The notes beneath the pieces were generated by a model. The model made no database searches. It saw only the letters and a list, made by a program, of their open reading frames with translations, and was not told the DNA's origin. Shown here one piece after another: positions 16,298 to 25,133 of a DNA stretch of 61,714 bases. The stretch's first letter is position 1, and every line of letters starts with the position of its first letter. The DNA is from a virus. Its lineage: Duplodnaviria; Caudoviricetes. Position numbers and translations under genes: made by a program. The stretch covers positions 1 to 61,714 of IMG/VR virus record IMGVR_UViG_3300032213_001078; one strand, 5' to 3'.

Positions 16298-17941
16298 TTA
16301 TTTCAGTATGTAATAATCTTCTAATAGCAAACCATCCATTTGTGTAGACTCTAAAATTTTAAAGGCTTCTTTAATCGTAGAAAGAATAGGACTTCCATCA
16401 ACATTAAAAGAGGTATTCAATAAAACTCCTACTCCTGTTTTTCTATCCATTTCGGTTAATAAATTGTACAACCATTCGTTGTCTTCTTTAGTAACTGTTT
16501 GAACTCTAGCTGTTCCATCTACGTGAGTGATAGCCGTTAATTTCTCTCTCCACTCTTCTTTAACTTTAGGGCAGAAACTCATCCACTTAGATTCTCCTTC
16601 CCATTCAAAATACTTAGATACATCTTCAAGTCTAACTACTGGTGCGAATGGTCTGTACCACTCTCTGTGTTTTACTTTTTCGTTAAGTATATCTTTCATA
16701 TCTGGAATAGACGGATTGCAAAGAATGCTTCTATTTCCTAAAGCACGAGGTCCATGTTCTGCTCTTCCTCTTGCAACACCGATGATTCTACCTTCGATAA
16801 GATCATCTGTCATTTTATCTATGTTGAAATAAGTAGTAGTAGTATTGTAAAAGTTTTGAATATAATGACCGAGAGAATCTATATCAAACAATTCAAGACC
16901 AGAATAAGTAGCATCAAAAGGTTCTTGTGGCTTTAATTGGTTTAACATTAAACCTAAAGCAATACCACAATCGTTAGGATTAGGTCCAACAAATACTTTT
17001 TTATTAAACTCTTTAACTAATCTAGTATTCAATAAGATATTCAATCCGCATCCTCCTGCCATACAGATAGGCAAATCAGGGTATTTTTCAAAATAAGGTT
17101 TTGCATACTCTAAAAAACATTCTTCGAATGCTCTCTGAGAAGTAGCAGCCACATCGTAAGCTGTCTGATCTAGCAATCTGTTTTTTATGTCGAAAGTAAC
17201 ACCTATGTTTTTTCCTAATTCATTAATCTTATTTTCGTAATCGTAGTAACCTGTTTCGTCCCATGGCCCAAAGTGATTTCCATTAGGTCCGCTCTTGTAA
17301 AAATGAATGAAATGAGGTACCCACTCTTCTATTACATTTCCGTAAGAAGCGAGTCCCATAATTTTACCAGAGTATACTAAGTTGCCTATGTTAAGAGGTT
17401 CTTTTTTAATATCGCCTAAATACTCTCCAAATACCATATAAGAAAATCCTAAGTCATAAAAAATATGCGGATTATTTTCATAAGGATTTAAAACTGATTC
17501 TAGCAATTTAGGAGATTCACCTCTTAAGCAATGGTAGATATTAAAAAATCCATCGTTACCTCCACCGTCGAAAGAGAAAGCTAAAGCTTCTTGATAAGGA
17601 GACTGATAGAAACATCCTGCAACATGAGCTTCGTGATGCTTGCCGTGAATGTAATTATCTGCTTTAATAAAAGTTTCTAGCTGGTATCTCTCTTCCATTA
17701 TTACATCTGTATTCATGCAATAACAGTTCTCAAACTTATCTATATTAAATTTTTTCTTTAAAAAGTTTGGAATATACTCTGATAAGAATAATAAATCTGC
17801 ATTCTTAGGACACATGTACTGTGCCATTCCGCTATTCTTATAATTTAAAAATCTTTCTACTTCTAATACGGTTAATATTTTTCCGTTCTCTTCTACTACA
17901 TACGCTGAGTTGTGTGAACCGTAGAATGCTATATTCGCCAT
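16298..17941 (-). CDS. O-carbamoyltransferase, NodU/CmcH family
   Basis: HHEAH, DGGG, GKIMGLASYG, GPRALGNRSIL, REWYRPFAP, HVDGTARVQTV, LNTSFN. Confidence 0.92.
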   Translation of the reverse strand: MANIAFYGSHNSAYVVEENGKILTVLEVERFLNYKNSGMAQYMCPKNADLLFLSEYIPNFLKKKFNIDKFENCYCMNTDVIMEERYQLETFIKADNYIHGKHHEAHVAGCFYQSPYQEALAFSFDGGGNDGFFNIYHCLRGESPKLLESVLNPYENNPHIFYDLGFSYMVFGEYLGDIKKEPLNIGNLVYSGKIMGLASYGNVIEEWVPHFIHFYKSGPNGNHFGPWDETGYYDYENKINELGKNIGVTFDIKNRLLDQTAYDVAATSQRAFEECFLEYAKPYFEKYPDLPICMAGGCGLNILLNTRLVKEFNKKVFVGPNPNDCGIALGLMLNQLKPQEPFDATYSGLELFDIDSLGHYIQNFYNTTTTYFNIDKMTDDLIEGRIIGVARGRAEHGPRALGNRSILCNPSIPDMKDILNEKVKHREWYRPFAPVVRLEDVSKYFEWEGESKWMSFCPKVKEEWREKLTAITHVDGTARVQTVTKEDNEWLYNLLTEMDRKTGVGVLLNTSFNVDGSPILSTIKEAFKILESTQMDGLLLEDYYILK

Positions 17942-17944
17942 TTA

Positions 17945-19222
17945 TTAATTATTTATTTGATATTCTATTCTTTCAACCCAACCTTCTTCTTCTGTGAATC
18001 CCCAAAATACTACTCTTGTCGGTTTTTCATCTGTTAAGAAAAACTCTTCGTAATGTATTTGTTGTCCTTTGTGCATAAAGTTTTCCAATTCTGGTCCAGT
18101 AATATACTTGTGATTTACTGCTTTACCAGTTGCATCGTCAAACGCTACTAAGATATGTTTGTAATTCTTTCTTGGAAAATCATGAGGATGTATAGTTACC
18201 AAATGATAGAAAGATCCCATGAAAGACTGCTCCCATAATTCGTCGTCTGCGATGTATGGATTAGGCGGATAGTTATTGTCTAATGTAAACTTCTGAACCG
18301 CTTTTCTTTTAAAGTGGAATCCAGCATACTTTTCAAAATCTCTTAAAGATCTCACTGTACCTAAATCGTATCCAGTCAAATCAATAGTTGGATCTTCTTC
18401 AGTTCTTAACAATACTCTAATTTTCTTTCTTGCGTATTCTTGTTTTTGGAACCAATCTACTCCTAACTTATAATCATCGTCCCACTTCAACATACCAGAT
18501 CTCTCTTCTCTCATAGTAGAATGCCAAACAACTAACTTGTGGGGATGGAATAAATCGTATCCATGAGTGTAAGACCTAACTGTTAAGTTTAATTCTTCTC
18601 CACTAAAATAAATATCGGTATCGTGTCTTATCTCTTTTGCCCATTCAGATCTAGCAAAACAGAAGTGACCTGATAAAAATCTACTCATAGGTGGTTCAGT
18701 CATATCTTGCCAACCGTGTAATAAACCTGGTCTGATGAAGATAGTTCCGTGAGGATAGAAGCAAGCGAAGGTTTGCTGCCATGGCTCCATAGTACGTCCT
18801 TCTGGATCGTTAAATGGTGTATATAAAGGTAAATAAGCCCCTAAGATTGGTTTGTAACCTTGAGCTTCTAAACCGCTATGCATTTCGATTAAAGTCTCGT
18901 CCCAATCTTTTGCAAATCTGTGATGAGAATCTAACTGTAGAATATAGTCTTGATTGGTTAAAAGTTTCTCGTTGATTTGAGCTCTTGCCCATGGTAGACC
19001 TTCGGCTTCGGTGTATAAAACGTCCATAATATGGAAACGTTTGTCGCCTCTAAATTCGTCTACGTTATCGAACTTATCTTCTGGGTTGTATTGTCTACAA
19101 ATACCGAAGTGAACTCTTTTTGGATACTTAGCTTGTGCTAAAGCATCTTTGATTGTTGGTACTAATTCCGGATCTCTATAAGATGGAAGATGCACCAAAA
19201 TTGTAGGTTGTTTCTTTGCCAT
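17945..19222 (-). CDS. GT60-like (Pfam GlcNAc) polypeptide N-acetylglucosaminyltransferase, copy B
   Basis: SYRDPEL.PT, QLDSHHRF..WD, FLSGHF.F, YFSGEE..L.VRSYTHGYDLF.P. Confidence 0.85.
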   Translation of the reverse strand: MAKKQPTILVHLPSYRDPELVPTIKDALAQAKYPKRVHFGICRQYNPEDKFDNVDEFRGDKRFHIMDVLYTEAEGLPWARAQINEKLLTNQDYILQLDSHHRFAKDWDETLIEMHSGLEAQGYKPILGAYLPLYTPFNDPEGRTMEPWQQTFACFYPHGTIFIRPGLLHGWQDMTEPPMSRFLSGHFCFARSEWAKEIRHDTDIYFSGEELNLTVRSYTHGYDLFHPHKLVVWHSTMREERSGMLKWDDDYKLGVDWFQKQEYARKKIRVLLRTEEDPTIDLTGYDLGTVRSLRDFEKYAGFHFKRKAVQKFTLDNNYPPNPYIADDELWEQSFMGSFYHLVTIHPHDFPRKNYKHILVAFDDATGKAVNHKYITGPELENFMHKGQQIHYEEFFLTDEKPTRVVFWGFTEEEGWVERIEYQINN

Positions 19223-19274
19223 AACAGAATTTAAAACTTTTATTTTATATTTGTATCTTTATCTTTTTAGTAGA

Positions 19275-20948
19275 TTAATATTCAGAAGATGTTGCACTTA
19301 TAGTTCCGTTACCATTTGCACTATAATTGTAAAGATCGCTAGCAAATGGAATTCCTTCTGCGACGTCATTATATATTTCAGTTCCTGCATCGTAAACTAT
19401 TAAACTAGTTTGTGCTATTAGTGGACTTGTTGCACCTGCGCTGACTGATACTCCTATTGCAGCGCCTATAGGTACTGTTATTTGTCCGCTAGTAGTAGAT
19501 GTCGCGTTAACTGGTGTATTACCGTTTACTGTTATAGTAAAGTTTCCGCTTTGAGCAAATTGTGAAAAATCATAGTCAATTGTGTATGTAGATGGAGCAG
19601 CGCTTGTAGAAACTGAAGGCGTTACTGATATGCTTGGTGTAGCTGTTATAGAAACACTTGGAGTAACTGATATGCTTGGTGTAGCTGATATAGAAACAGA
19701 AGGCGTAACTGATTCTGAAGGAGTTCTTGTTATAGATACAGAAGGAGTTACAGATTCACTAGGAGTTCTTGTTATAGACACGCTTGGAGTTACAGATTCT
19801 GAAGGAGTTCTTGTTATAGATACAGAAGGAGTTACAGATTCACTAGGAGTTCTTGTTATAGAAACTGAAGGTGTAACTGATACGCTTGGTGTGACTGATA
19901 CTGTAATACTAGGTGTTACTGATATGCTAGGAGTTCTGGTTATAGTTACGCTTGGAGTAATAGAAATACTAGGCGTAGCGGATATTGTGATACTAGGTGT
20001 TCTTGTTATTGAAACAGATGGAGTAACTGTTATTGATGGCGTTACTGTTATGCTTGGAGTTACTGATACGCTAGGAGTTACAGAAATAGAAGGCGTTACT
20101 GTTACGCTTGGAGTAACTGAAATACTAGGAGTTACTGAGACACTCGGAGTTACAGATATACTAGGAGTAGCAGATACAGATACACTTGGAGTAACTGATT
20201 CACTTGGAGTTACTGAAGAACTAGGCGTTCTTGTTGGTGTAATTGAAGGCGTAGGCGATATTGATTCGCTTGGCGTTATTGATACCGATGGTGTATTAGA
20301 AACAGTTATCGATGGAGTTATAGAAATAGTAGGTGTAATACTTGCACTAGGAGTTCTAGTCACCGATGGAGTTACAGATATCGAAGGAGTAAGTGAAACG
20401 CTTGGAGTCTCTGAAGGAGATACCGTAGGAGTATTAGTAACAGAAATACCAGGAGTTACTGATATAGTTGGGGTTATCGATATCGTAGGTGTAATAGATA
20501 TACTAGGAGTAGCTGAAGGCGTTCTAGTTGGAGTACGAGTAACACTTGGAGTTATCGATATGGTAGGTGTAATGCTTGGAGTAAAACTTGGAGTTCTAGA
20601 AGCATTAGGCGTAATAGTAGGTGTAACTGTAGGAGTAAGAGAAACTGATGGTGTAACACTCAAACTTGGTGTCGCACTAACAGAAGCGCTTGGAGTTTCA
20701 CTTGGGGTTATAGATAAAGATGGAGTAACCGAAGGCGTGATAGACGTAGAAGGCGTAAGAGAATAAGGCACTCCATCCTGAGGCGGACCTGGAACGTATG
20801 TGTTTGCAAAAGCCTGCGCTACAGCTTCTTGTGCAAAAGGAATGTTTCTACTCCTTGTGCGATTTTCGTAAAGATTGTTATTGTCGTTTTTAGCATCCGC
20901 AGCCTGTGGGCCTTTGGCTAAACTAGACTTTAAATTTATTAGAGGCAC
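19275..20948 (-). CDS. mucin-like Thr/Pro/Ser-repeat protein with C-terminal beta-rich domain
   Basis: About 385 aa of T-P-S-h-(S/T)-h repeats; GTG start behind a late motif. Confidence 0.8.
   Translation of the reverse strand: MPLINLKSSLAKGPQAADAKNDNNNLYENRTRSRNIPFAQEAVAQAFANTYVPGPPQDGVPYSLTPSTSITPSVTPSLSITPSETPSASVSATPSLSVTPSVSLTPTVTPTITPNASRTPSFTPSITPTISITPSVTRTPTRTPSATPSISITPTISITPTISVTPGISVTNTPTVSPSETPSVSLTPSISVTPSVTRTPSASITPTISITPSITVSNTPSVSITPSESISPTPSITPTRTPSSSVTPSESVTPSVSVSATPSISVTPSVSVTPSISVTPSVTVTPSISVTPSVSVTPSITVTPSITVTPSVSITRTPSITISATPSISITPSVTITRTPSISVTPSITVSVTPSVSVTPSVSITRTPSESVTPSVSITRTPSESVTPSVSITRTPSESVTPSVSITRTPSESVTPSVSISATPSISVTPSVSITATPSISVTPSVSTSAAPSTYTIDYDFSQFAQSGNFTITVNGNTPVNATSTTSGQITVPIGAAIGVSVSAGATSPLIAQTSLIVYDAGTEIYNDVAEGIPFASDLYNYSANGNGTISATSSEY
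19598..20763 (-). repeat. TPS hexa/octapeptide tandem repeat; exact 68-bp duplication at 19711 and 19795
   Basis: Repeat visible in protein and DNA; 84-bp period in the TPSESVTPSVSITR block. Confidence 0.9.
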
Positions 20949-20958
20949 GCGTGTTTTG

Positions 20959-20967
20959 TATAAATAT
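20959..20967 (-). promoter_or_regulatory. putative late promoter motif
   Basis: ATATTTATA 10 nt before GTG 20948. Confidence 0.6.
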
Positions 20968-20978
20968 TTAGTAAAAGC

Positions 20979-22238
20979 TTATTCGTAGCTAATCTTGTCC
21001 TCAATTCTTTCCATCCAGCCTTTGGATGCGCTATGAGGCCAAACTCTCCATGAAACTGGCTGCTTATCGCTTTCGTATTCTCTCCATATTTGAATAAAAT
21101 GATCGTCTTTGTTCATATTCATAAGACCTTTTAACTCTTCTCCAGAAATGTCTTGTCTATATAAGTCTTTTCCTTCTGAGTCTAGGAAAGCTACCGCAGC
21201 TGAATCGTAGTCTGTTTCTGTCAAAGATCCCTTATACACATTTATACAATACTTTATCTTACTAATTAGTCCTGTTTCGTAGTCTGAAATTATTGGAGGA
21301 AACTGATTGGCTATAGTCTCTTGGTGAATCTGTCTTGTTTTAAACTTAAGACCTGCATACTTTTCATAATCTTCTAAAGTTCTCTCAGTTCCAAATCCGA
21401 AACCTTCTAAAGATCTTCTCTTACAAGGAGGACATCCGCCTGGGTCCATTTCGAATAAGGCTCTAAATCTTGCGTAAGAGGCTTTGTCTAAATCATTAAA
21501 AGTTGAGTGATCGTCCCAATGTCTTTGCTTTCCGTTTCTAGTGTATTCGTGCCAAACGATAGGTCTGTGAGGTGAGAATAGATCGTATCCATGAGTGTAT
21601 GCTCTAGCAGATAAACTGGTCTCTTCTCCATGAAAATAAAACTTAGGATCGTAAGGTACTTCTTTTACAAATTTGCCTAAAGTAAAGATAAAGTGTCCTG
21701 ATAAGAATCTACTTTTGAATGGCTCAGTTCTGTTCTCCCAATTTGGTACATGAAATGGTTGTAAGAACACCGCGCCTTCAGGTAGAAATCTCATGATATT
21801 TAATCCCCACACCTCTTGCACTCTGCCTGCTGGATCGTTATCTGGAAAATACCCTGGAATGTACGCAGATAAAATTGGTTTTTTGTGACCTTTAACTTGT
21901 AAGTAACTAACGTAGTCCTTCAAAGTTCTATCCCAATTTTTTGTAAATCTATGATGAGAATCTAGTTGAAAGTAGTAGTCTTCTCCGTTGTAATAATCTT
22001 GAATTTTATTTCTTACCCAACAAACTCCTAAAGAATCCTTATGATCAATGTCCAATATGGTGAATCTGTCGTCTCTAACGAATTCATTTAGATTGTCCCA
22101 AGTGTCCTCTTCAGAGTGTTGCCAACCCACGCATATGTGCAAGTTTTCTGGTTCTTGACAGTTATTGATTAGATCACGTAAAGTTGGTAAAAGTTCGGGG
22201 TCCCTATAGGCCGCTATCGAAACGAAGATTTTTGACAT
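20979..22238 (-). CDS. GT60-like (Pfam GlcNAc) polypeptide N-acetylglucosaminyltransferase, copy A
   Basis: IFVSIAAYRDPELLPTL, QLDSHHRF..WD, VPYDP.FYFHGEE.SLSARAYTHGYDLFSP. Confidence 0.88.
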   Translation of the reverse strand: MSKIFVSIAAYRDPELLPTLRDLINNCQEPENLHICVGWQHSEEDTWDNLNEFVRDDRFTILDIDHKDSLGVCWVRNKIQDYYNGEDYYFQLDSHHRFTKNWDRTLKDYVSYLQVKGHKKPILSAYIPGYFPDNDPAGRVQEVWGLNIMRFLPEGAVFLQPFHVPNWENRTEPFKSRFLSGHFIFTLGKFVKEVPYDPKFYFHGEETSLSARAYTHGYDLFSPHRPIVWHEYTRNGKQRHWDDHSTFNDLDKASYARFRALFEMDPGGCPPCKRRSLEGFGFGTERTLEDYEKYAGLKFKTRQIHQETIANQFPPIISDYETGLISKIKYCINVYKGSLTETDYDSAAVAFLDSEGKDLYRQDISGEELKGLMNMNKDDHFIQIWREYESDKQPVSWRVWPHSASKGWMERIEDKISYE

Positions 22239-22292
22239 AACCCAATATTAATCAATTTTTGAAACTTAATAAAATTTTAGTTTAAAGTGATA

Positions 22293-23936
22293 CTAAGCAA
22301 AAGCATTACAGTTCGTGTCAATACCAACAGTAACCGTGGTAACGCCTCTAGTAAAAGTGCTGCCTGGGTAATATGGAGATCCATCTATGTATACAACGTT
22401 GTATATCCTATACGCACTAAATCCGTAAATAGCGTAAGTTCCTGTGCCAACATTAAATGATCCAAACTGACCTTTTGTTACCGTTGAAGACGAACTATTA
22501 CCTATAGATCCTTCAGATGGTCCAATACAATCAGGACCAAGATACATATCAGCACTTATACCATAAGGAGAATCTATAGTGAAATTTCCATCTACGGCAT
22601 CACTTAAATTATATACGAAAACATATTCCCCACCCGCGTTTTGGAATACTCCAGAAATATATAAGAAAGCAGATGTTGGGTAACTAAAATTAGTGTAACC
22701 TCTCACATAATAAGTTCTACCTCCAACTACACTAAATGTTTTATTTGTATTAGAGTTGTAATCTACTGTAGTATCGTTGATTGTATTACCAGCACTATCG
22801 GTTACCAATAATCTTCTTGTTGAAGTTCCGTAAAGCGGTTTTGGATAATCAATGATATTTCCTGTGGCTTGTGCAAATAAAGAATCGTCCTGGAATATTG
22901 TTCCTCCAGTGTATAAAACGTCACCAGGAGTTGTGAATACCTCGTTGACAATATTACTTCCATTTTGATTAACAGCTACATTTCCATCTAAGAAAACTGT
23001 ACCATCATTGTATTCAGAGTTATTATAGTATAACGCTGTGATTGTTAAAGGACTTCTTGATGGTGTAATACTAGGAGTTCTTGATATTGAAATAGTAGGA
23101 GTTCTTGTTATAGAAACAGACGGTGTTACAGATTCTGAAGGCGTTCTTGTTATAGAAACCGATGGAGTTACAGACTCGCTAGGAGTTCTTGTTATAGAAA
23201 CAGAAGGCGTAACTGAAGTACTTGGAGTTCTTGTTACTGTAACACTAGGCGTAACTGATACGCTAGGAGTATTACTTATAGAAATAGAAGGAGTAACAGA
23301 ATTACTAGGCGTTCTTGTTATAGAAACACTTGGTGTAACTGATACACTAGGAGTATTACTTATAGAAACTCCCGGTGTTAAAGATATACTAGGTGTAGCC
23401 GATATAGAAACGCTAGGTGTTCTTGATACCGTTACACTAGGAGTAACTGAAACCGAAGGAGTAACAGATATGCTTGGAGTAACTGAAACCGACGGCGTTA
23501 CTGAAGAAGCCGGCGTAACTGATATCGATGGTGTTACAGATACAGATGGAGTAACAGATATACTAGGCGTAGCAGATATGGATACGCTTGGCGTCGCACT
23601 AGGCGTAACTGAAACTGTAACTGAAGGAGTAACAGATATCGAAGGTGTAGCTGAGATGGATACGCTCGGAGTAACTGAGAACGAAGGCGTAACTGATGGA
23701 GATGGAGTAGGACTTATAGGAACAATGTATCTAAAGTTACTATTTTGTCCGCAAGGATCCATATTTTCTAAAACTATATATTCTGCCGCATCAGGTACAG
23801 ATACTACGTAACCAGCATCTAGTTTGGAGGCCATAACGTTTTGTTCAACTATATTGTTAAAGTTGTCCCAATAGATAGTAAAAGGACCTGTTGCCATTCC
23901 TCTCTTAGTAATTTGTATGTATATCGATTGTGCCAT
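22293..23936 (-). CDS. mucin-like TPS-repeat protein with globular N- and C-terminal domains (tail appendage candidate)
   Basis: About 220 aa TPS repeat between a 70-aa N-domain and a 250-aa Y/G/T/N-rich C-region. Confidence 0.8.
   Translation of the reverse strand: MAQSIYIQITKRGMATGPFTIYWDNFNNIVEQNVMASKLDAGYVVSVPDAAEYIVLENMDPCGQNSNFRYIVPISPTPSPSVTPSFSVTPSVSISATPSISVTPSVTVSVTPSATPSVSISATPSISVTPSVSVTPSISVTPASSVTPSVSVTPSISVTPSVSVTPSVTVSRTPSVSISATPSISLTPGVSISNTPSVSVTPSVSITRTPSNSVTPSISISNTPSVSVTPSVTVTRTPSTSVTPSVSITRTPSESVTPSVSITRTPSESVTPSVSITRTPTISISRTPSITPSRSPLTITALYYNNSEYNDGTVFLDGNVAVNQNGSNIVNEVFTTPGDVLYTGGTIFQDDSLFAQATGNIIDYPKPLYGTSTRRLLVTDSAGNTINDTTVDYNSNTNKTFSVVGGRTYYVRGYTNFSYPTSAFLYISGVFQNAGGEYVFVYNLSDAVDGNFTIDSPYGISADMYLGPDCIGPSEGSIGNSSSSTVTKGQFGSFNVGTGTYAIYGFSAYRIYNVVYIDGSPYYPGSTFTRGVTTVTVGIDTNCNAFA
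23047..23718 (-). repeat. TPS hexa/octapeptide tandem repeat
   Basis: Same repeat units as at 19598-20763. Confidence 0.9.
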
Positions 23937-23942
23937 TTTCTA

Positions 23943-25124
23943 TTAACAAGTTGAAATTTGTGATCCTACTTGACCTCCACTTACTGCAAATATTTGACCA
24001 GAACTGTTTGCTATAGCCGTTATATTTGTAAATAAGACGTTGTAAGATTGATATAAATAAACGCCTGGTGCAACGTTATTTACTCCAATACCAAAGAATA
24101 CGTTATCTTTATTCGCTACAGGGAATCCACTAGACTGTATAAAGCAAGGATCATATTGTGCGCCTACAGTAGTTCCTAATATAGGTGTTAATGATACGGT
24201 AGGAGTAGGTGTAGGAGTTACAGATACTGTAGGAGTTCTCGTAGGCGTAATTGATACTGAAGGAGTAGCTGTAGGAGTAAGAGACGCAAACGGGGTAATT
24301 GTCTGAGTTACACTAGGTGTAAGTGATACTGAAGGCGTTACACTTATTGTTACTGTAACAGAAGGCGTAATACTTGGAGTAATTGAAATACTAGGCGTTA
24401 CACTTACGCTAACTGAAACGCTCGGTGTTCTTGTTGGCGTAATAGAAACAGAAGGCGTTCTTGTTGGAGTAACAGAAGGCGTAACAGAAGGCGTTAAGAA
24501 CGGAGTCAAAGATACGCTTGGTGTAGGAGTAGGACTAGGAAGAATAGCTTGAATAAAGAAATCAAACGTAGGATCTTGGAAGATACAAACGTAATCAGGA
24601 TCTGTAAACACTATAACTCCTTGAGCGTAAAATATGTTTCCTACTTTTCTATTTCCAACTAAAGCATCTATTAAGTTACCGTTTCCGTCGTCAACAATAT
24701 GATAGTTGGTACTATCTGGATTTAAAGGCAATAAGTGCAAAGTATTTCTTGCTACTTGCTCACCAAATTCGTTTCTTGGAATATAGAAAAAAGAGATTTG
24801 AGAATTAGGAGAGGTGGGAAAATATCTTGCATCCTCATCACCAGATCCTGATGCGGCAGTAGATTGCCACTGAGGATCGTAACCACTACCTGTCGCCAAT
24901 AGAGAACCAGAAATATATTCTTTGTAATAGAGCTGTTTGATCAACTCGTAGTTAAGAGCGTTATTATCCAATGAGCCAGTCACGGTCATAGGATGATTAA
25001 AGCCCCTATTTATCGTGATTCCAACATCGTCTAAAGATTGACTATAATATGATGAAGAATACTTTAATTTAATAGGAGCTGAAGATATGTCTGAAAACCT
25101 TATCGTATTCTTCGAGCTGCTCAT
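23943..25124 (-). CDS. virion structural protein N-terminal module fused to a TPS-repeat tail
   Basis: IPRNEFGE, IVDDGNGNL, VGNIFYAQGVIVFT align with the N-half of ORF 25134; then about 120 aa TPS repeat. Confidence 0.75.
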   Translation of the reverse strand: MSSSKNTIRFSDISSAPIKLKYSSSYYSQSLDDVGITINRGFNHPMTVTGSLDNNALNYELIKQLYYKEYISGSLLATGSGYDPQWQSTAASGSGDEDARYFPTSPNSQISFFYIPRNEFGEQVARNTLHLLPLNPDSTNYHIVDDGNGNLIDALVGNRKVGNIFYAQGVIVFTDPDYVCIFQDPTFDFFIQAILPSPTPTPSVSLTPFLTPSVTPSVTPTRTPSVSITPTRTPSVSVSVSVTPSISITPSITPSVTVTISVTPSVSLTPSVTQTITPFASLTPTATPSVSITPTRTPTVSVTPTPTPTVSLTPILGTTVGAQYDPCFIQSSGFPVANKDNVFFGIGVNNVAPGVYLYQSYNVLFTNITAIANSSGQIFAVSGGQVGSQISTC

Positions 25125-25133
25125 TGTTTATTT

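Noticed and set aside
19582-20766. 394-aa plus-strand ORF (GVTD repeats)
   Set aside because: Antisense shadow of the TPS repeat, whose codons give few stops on the opposite strand; it coincides almost exactly with the repeat
23038-23811. 257-aa plus-strand ORF
   Set aside because: Same antisense artefact of the second TPS repeat
19598-24543. Periodic DNA considered as a CRISPR array or DGR repeats
   Set aside because: The periodicity is in-frame peptide repetition with synonymous variation; no unique spacers, cas genes or reverse transcriptase
12876-25124. RNA splicing or split intein rejoining the split structural gene
   Set aside because: No intein or group I/II intron motifs at the junctions; the C-half has its own promoter motif and ATG
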